This document shows, one piece after another, positions 46,295 to 48,586 of a stretch of 48,586 nt of DNA (position 1 is the first letter of the stretch; every line of letters starts with the position of its first letter). Location: contig JBBTYI010000011.1 of the NCBI GenBank assembly GCA_038061865.1, forward strand, positions 1 through 48,586, in the 5' to 3' direction. Origin of the DNA: Patescibacteria group bacterium. GTDB lineage: Bacteria; Patescibacteriota; Minisyncoccia; 2-02-FULL-40-12; IGHO2-01-FULL-4-A. A model generated the notes under the pieces. It did not search any database, was not told the DNA's origin, and was given only the letters and a program-made list of their open reading frames with translations. Made by a program: the position numbers and the translations under genes.

Positions 46295-46680
46295 CATGTT
46301 TATTCTCTTATTACTAAGAGCATAGACTATATCTCTACCCTGCTAACACAACTACCAACTACCAATCACTAACTATTAATCCGAATTGATTATAAGTTGG
46401 GAATTAGAGATTGGAGATTGTGTAAACAGGGTACTAGCGTTTTATAGTAAGCCGTTGACGTTATCTCACTACCTACTATCTAGTCCTTCGTTTCTTTGGA
46501 CTAAGTCGTTACGGGGAAATTTATTAAACTATAAATTTCTTCCCTCGATATTGCCCGGGAAATTGGGTTAAATTTCCTGGGTTCTACCGATATAAGCTAG
46601 AGTGACACGTCAATTAATTTTACCCCAGATTGACGTGCTTGGCTCGCGCCAGATGTTACTATCTGGCCACGTGAATTTTC
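46295..46680 (-). mobile_element. Group I intron, ORF-less, 386 nt, after C2575
   Basis: GGUACGC|GAAAAUUCACGUG...ACAUG|GAGCUGGGU; CCCGUAACGACU and GAGAUAUAGUC core motifs. Confidence 0.88.
46342..46427. repeat. Heptamer-arm hairpin element in P8 of the C2575 intron
   Basis: GCTAACACAA...TTGTGTAAAC. Confidence 0.8.
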
Positions 46681-46983
46681 GCGTACCTTTTTAATGTGCG
46701 AACAGCACAACCCTTCCCACCTTCTTCAGCGGGAGGATAAGGCGAGCCGACATCGAGGTGCCGAACGCTATCGTCGCTATGGGCGCTCGGATAGCACTAG
46801 CCTGTTATCCCCGGAGTAGCTTTTATCTGATGATCTTCCACGCTCCTACGAGCAATGGTCGGTTCACTAAGTCCTGCTTTCGCACCTGCTCGACACATCC
46901 GTCTCGCAGTTAAGCTGGCTTGTGCCTTTACACTACCGCGGCGATTTCCATCCGCCGCTAGCCAACCTTAATGAACGCCTCCG

Positions 46984-47631
46984 TTACTTTTTAGGCAATT
47001 GTGTTCCTAATTTATATTTCATTGCTGGCAAAATATATTCGCCGATCAAAGAAATAAACTTATTAATAGTTTTGGACAAAAGATAAATTATATAACCGCT
47101 TCCGTCTTGCCTTTTTCGCAAAACAGATTTGATCCCAAACTTATCTTCCAAAATTTTAATAATTCTTTGCAGATCAATTTTGTCGAAACCTTGAGAATGA
47201 ATTACTAGCGCTTTATGGCTTTTTGATTTAATTGAACCATCGTCCATAAACCACACTGCTAACGCAAGTGGTGTCAGTAATTTTGATATTAACTTTGGAA
47301 TTATTTTTTTACCGTTTTTGTAAAACTGTTGGGCATAGAATCTGAACGATCCATTGCTAATAGTTGAAAAACGATAATTATTCCTTACTAAACCATAAGA
47401 AGAATGTTCTCTTACCTTTGGTTCGGTTAATACCCAATCCTTAAACGCTTTGTACTTCCAATCGACATAATCTTTTTGTTGTAATGAATGTTCTATCTTC
47501 AAACGGTATGTTCTTCCGTTATTTTGTGTTTCTAAGCATCCGTCACCCAATAAAGTTCCTGTCAATACTTCTTTTTGAAGTTCTGTTAGTTTTAATGTTT
47601 TTTTATAATTCTCAATTTGACTTGATCTCAT
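46984..47631 (-). CDS. Two-motif LAGLIDADG homing endonuclease; the last 4 codons lie in the 23S exon
   Basis: LTGTLLGDG and LAVWFMDDG motifs. Confidence 0.93.
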   Translation of the reverse strand: MRSSQIENYKKTLKLTELQKEVLTGTLLGDGCLETQNNGRTYRLKIEHSLQQKDYVDWKYKAFKDWVLTEPKVREHSSYGLVRNNYRFSTISNGSFRFYAQQFYKNGKKIIPKLISKLLTPLALAVWFMDDGSIKSKSHKALVIHSQGFDKIDLQRIIKILEDKFGIKSVLRKRQDGSGYIIYLLSKTINKFISLIGEYILPAMKYKLGTQLPKK

Positions 47632-47906
47632 TTTTAATTAGTGACTCGAGTGAGCCCTCATAGTCGCCTATGAGTTCAGACTATATCATTCCCGATAAAT
47701 CGGGACTCAGCGTATAGTCGTTGAGGGGACCCGCCATAACGGGTCTTCCCTGCTGATTGACCGCATTGCGATATTTTCACCTTTCGACAAGCTCAAGGTA
47801 ATCGCAAATCTACATTCATCTAAGAAACGGTGGTTTCAGCATACAGCTGAATTTGCAATCCCGCATTTCTGCGAGATGGCCCCATGCGGCGTAACGAGCC
47901 GCGTTA
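46996..47906 (-). mobile_element. Group I intron, 911 nt, after U2262, with the endonuclease gene downstream of P9
   Basis: UUGCCU|UAACGC...CAAUUG|CCUAAAAAGUAACGG; CCUCAACGACUA, GAUAUAGUC, and P9 CUCAUAG-GCGA-CUAUGAG. Confidence 0.92.
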
Positions 47907-47945
47907 AGGCAACAGCCCCAGTTAAACTACCCGCCAGGCACTGTC

Positions 47946-48425
47946 TACGAGGAACCCCGGAAACGCGGAGTTATCAGAGATTCGGAATTATCGAATTTCG
48001 GAATTAATAACTCTTTTTATTTCCAGGGTCGGGGTGGCGAAGTTTAACACCAACCCGACTTTTTTTCGTGTGGCTTTGAGATAGGAGATCATCTGACTTA
48101 AATAAACGTTTTCCAGATGATCAACGGTTTTCAATTCAGCCACAACTGTATCTTCAATCAGCATATCCAATTTTTGGAAACCAATTTTTTGGTTCCGATA
48201 GAAGATATCCACTGCTTTTTGCTGCTCGAAACGGATTTCACTTTCCTTCAATTCTTTGGCTAAAGCCGCCTCGTAAATTCTTTCACCGAATCCAGAGCCA
48301 AGTTCTTTATGAACCTTAATGGCGGCACCAATGATTTTTTCGGTTAAATTCTTGAATACTAGCTCTCCTTTCATAAATTTACTTCAGCGTTCTCCGTTTC
48401 TTCCGCGCTTCAGGGGTTCCTCGTG
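47946..48425 (-). other. Intervening sequence extending helix 79 of 23S rRNA, closed by a stem of about 24 bp
   Basis: 47946-47970 pairs with 48401-48425 (ACGAGGAACCCC/GGGGTTCCTCGT is perfect); no group I core motifs. Confidence 0.85.
47988..48374 (-). CDS. GxxExxY family protein (PD-(D/E)XK fold) within the rRNA IVS
   Basis: VHKELGSGFGERIYE, LDMLIE..V.AELK, Q..SYLK and G.VLNF. Confidence 0.92.
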   Translation of the reverse strand: MKGELVFKNLTEKIIGAAIKVHKELGSGFGERIYEAALAKELKESEIRFEQQKAVDIFYRNQKIGFQKLDMLIEDTVVAELKTVDHLENVYLSQMISYLKATRKKVGLVLNFATPTLEIKRVINSEIR

Positions 48426-48586
48426 TTAGAATTACAAATTTTTAAGATGGCTGTTTCATTGGCGGATCCATCCCGACCGAAATCGGGACTTCAAATCCTC
48501 ACCACTACGCTACGCATAAAAACTCGTAACTCAATACCAAGCTATAGTAAAGCTTCCGGGGTCTTTCCGTCTTGGTGCGGGTAGTC

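Larger units (their letters stand above)
44641..48586 (-). rRNA. rrl: 23S rRNA, 3' part. Exons approx. 44641-44879, 45390-45460, 46286-46294, 46681-46995, 47907-47958, 48413-48586
   Basis: The joined exons reproduce domains V-VI, including the P-loop, GAGCTGGGTT, and the sarcin-ricin loop AGTACGAGAGGA. Confidence 0.97.

Noticed and set aside
47946-48425. Helix 79 insertion as a group I or group II intron
   Set aside because: No P7/J8-7 motifs or domain V, and the ORF fills almost the whole insert.
1-48586. Alternative genetic code (UGA=Gly)
   Set aside because: TGA terminates ssb, rpoB, rpsC and rpsN at their expected ends.

Overview
This is a core-genome window from a Patescibacteria (CPR, Parcubacteria-like) bacterium using genetic code 11. 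The assignment rests on the missing uL30, the DUF4012 and DUF5674 genes, and an intron-rich 23S rRNA. In order, it holds: the tail of a probable recombinase running into tRNA-Thr, tRNA-Gly, an ftsB-like gene, lepA, envelope glycosylation genes, a PaaX/Cas2-like gene, an oversized RNase P RNA, rnhA-pgk-tpiA, dedA-galT-GT2, map-adk, the secY/spc/S10 ribosomal protein cluster, tuf, rpsF-ssb-rpsR, recA, ftsK, rpoB-rpoC, a surface protein, rodA, 5S rRNA and the 3' part of 23S rRNA. That 23S segment is split by four group I introns (two encode LAGLIDADG enzymes) and an intervening sequence encoding a GxxExxY nuclease. The most unusual signals are: (i) a wHTH/Cas2-like gene bracketed exactly by two copies of a 36-40 bp palindrome; (ii) a family of 70-90 bp hairpin elements with 10-bp inverted ends and 7-bp periodic arms, inserted in ribozyme stems, a gene junction and a CDS; (iii) an intron inside the sarcin-ricin loop, a 9-nt micro-exon, a C.A splice-site pair, and a homing endonuclease whose stop codon must come from the exon or from intron circularisation; (iv) several unrelated repeat families that begin at stop codons or sit inside essential genes. 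Protein family calls come from motif recognition only; no database searches were run.
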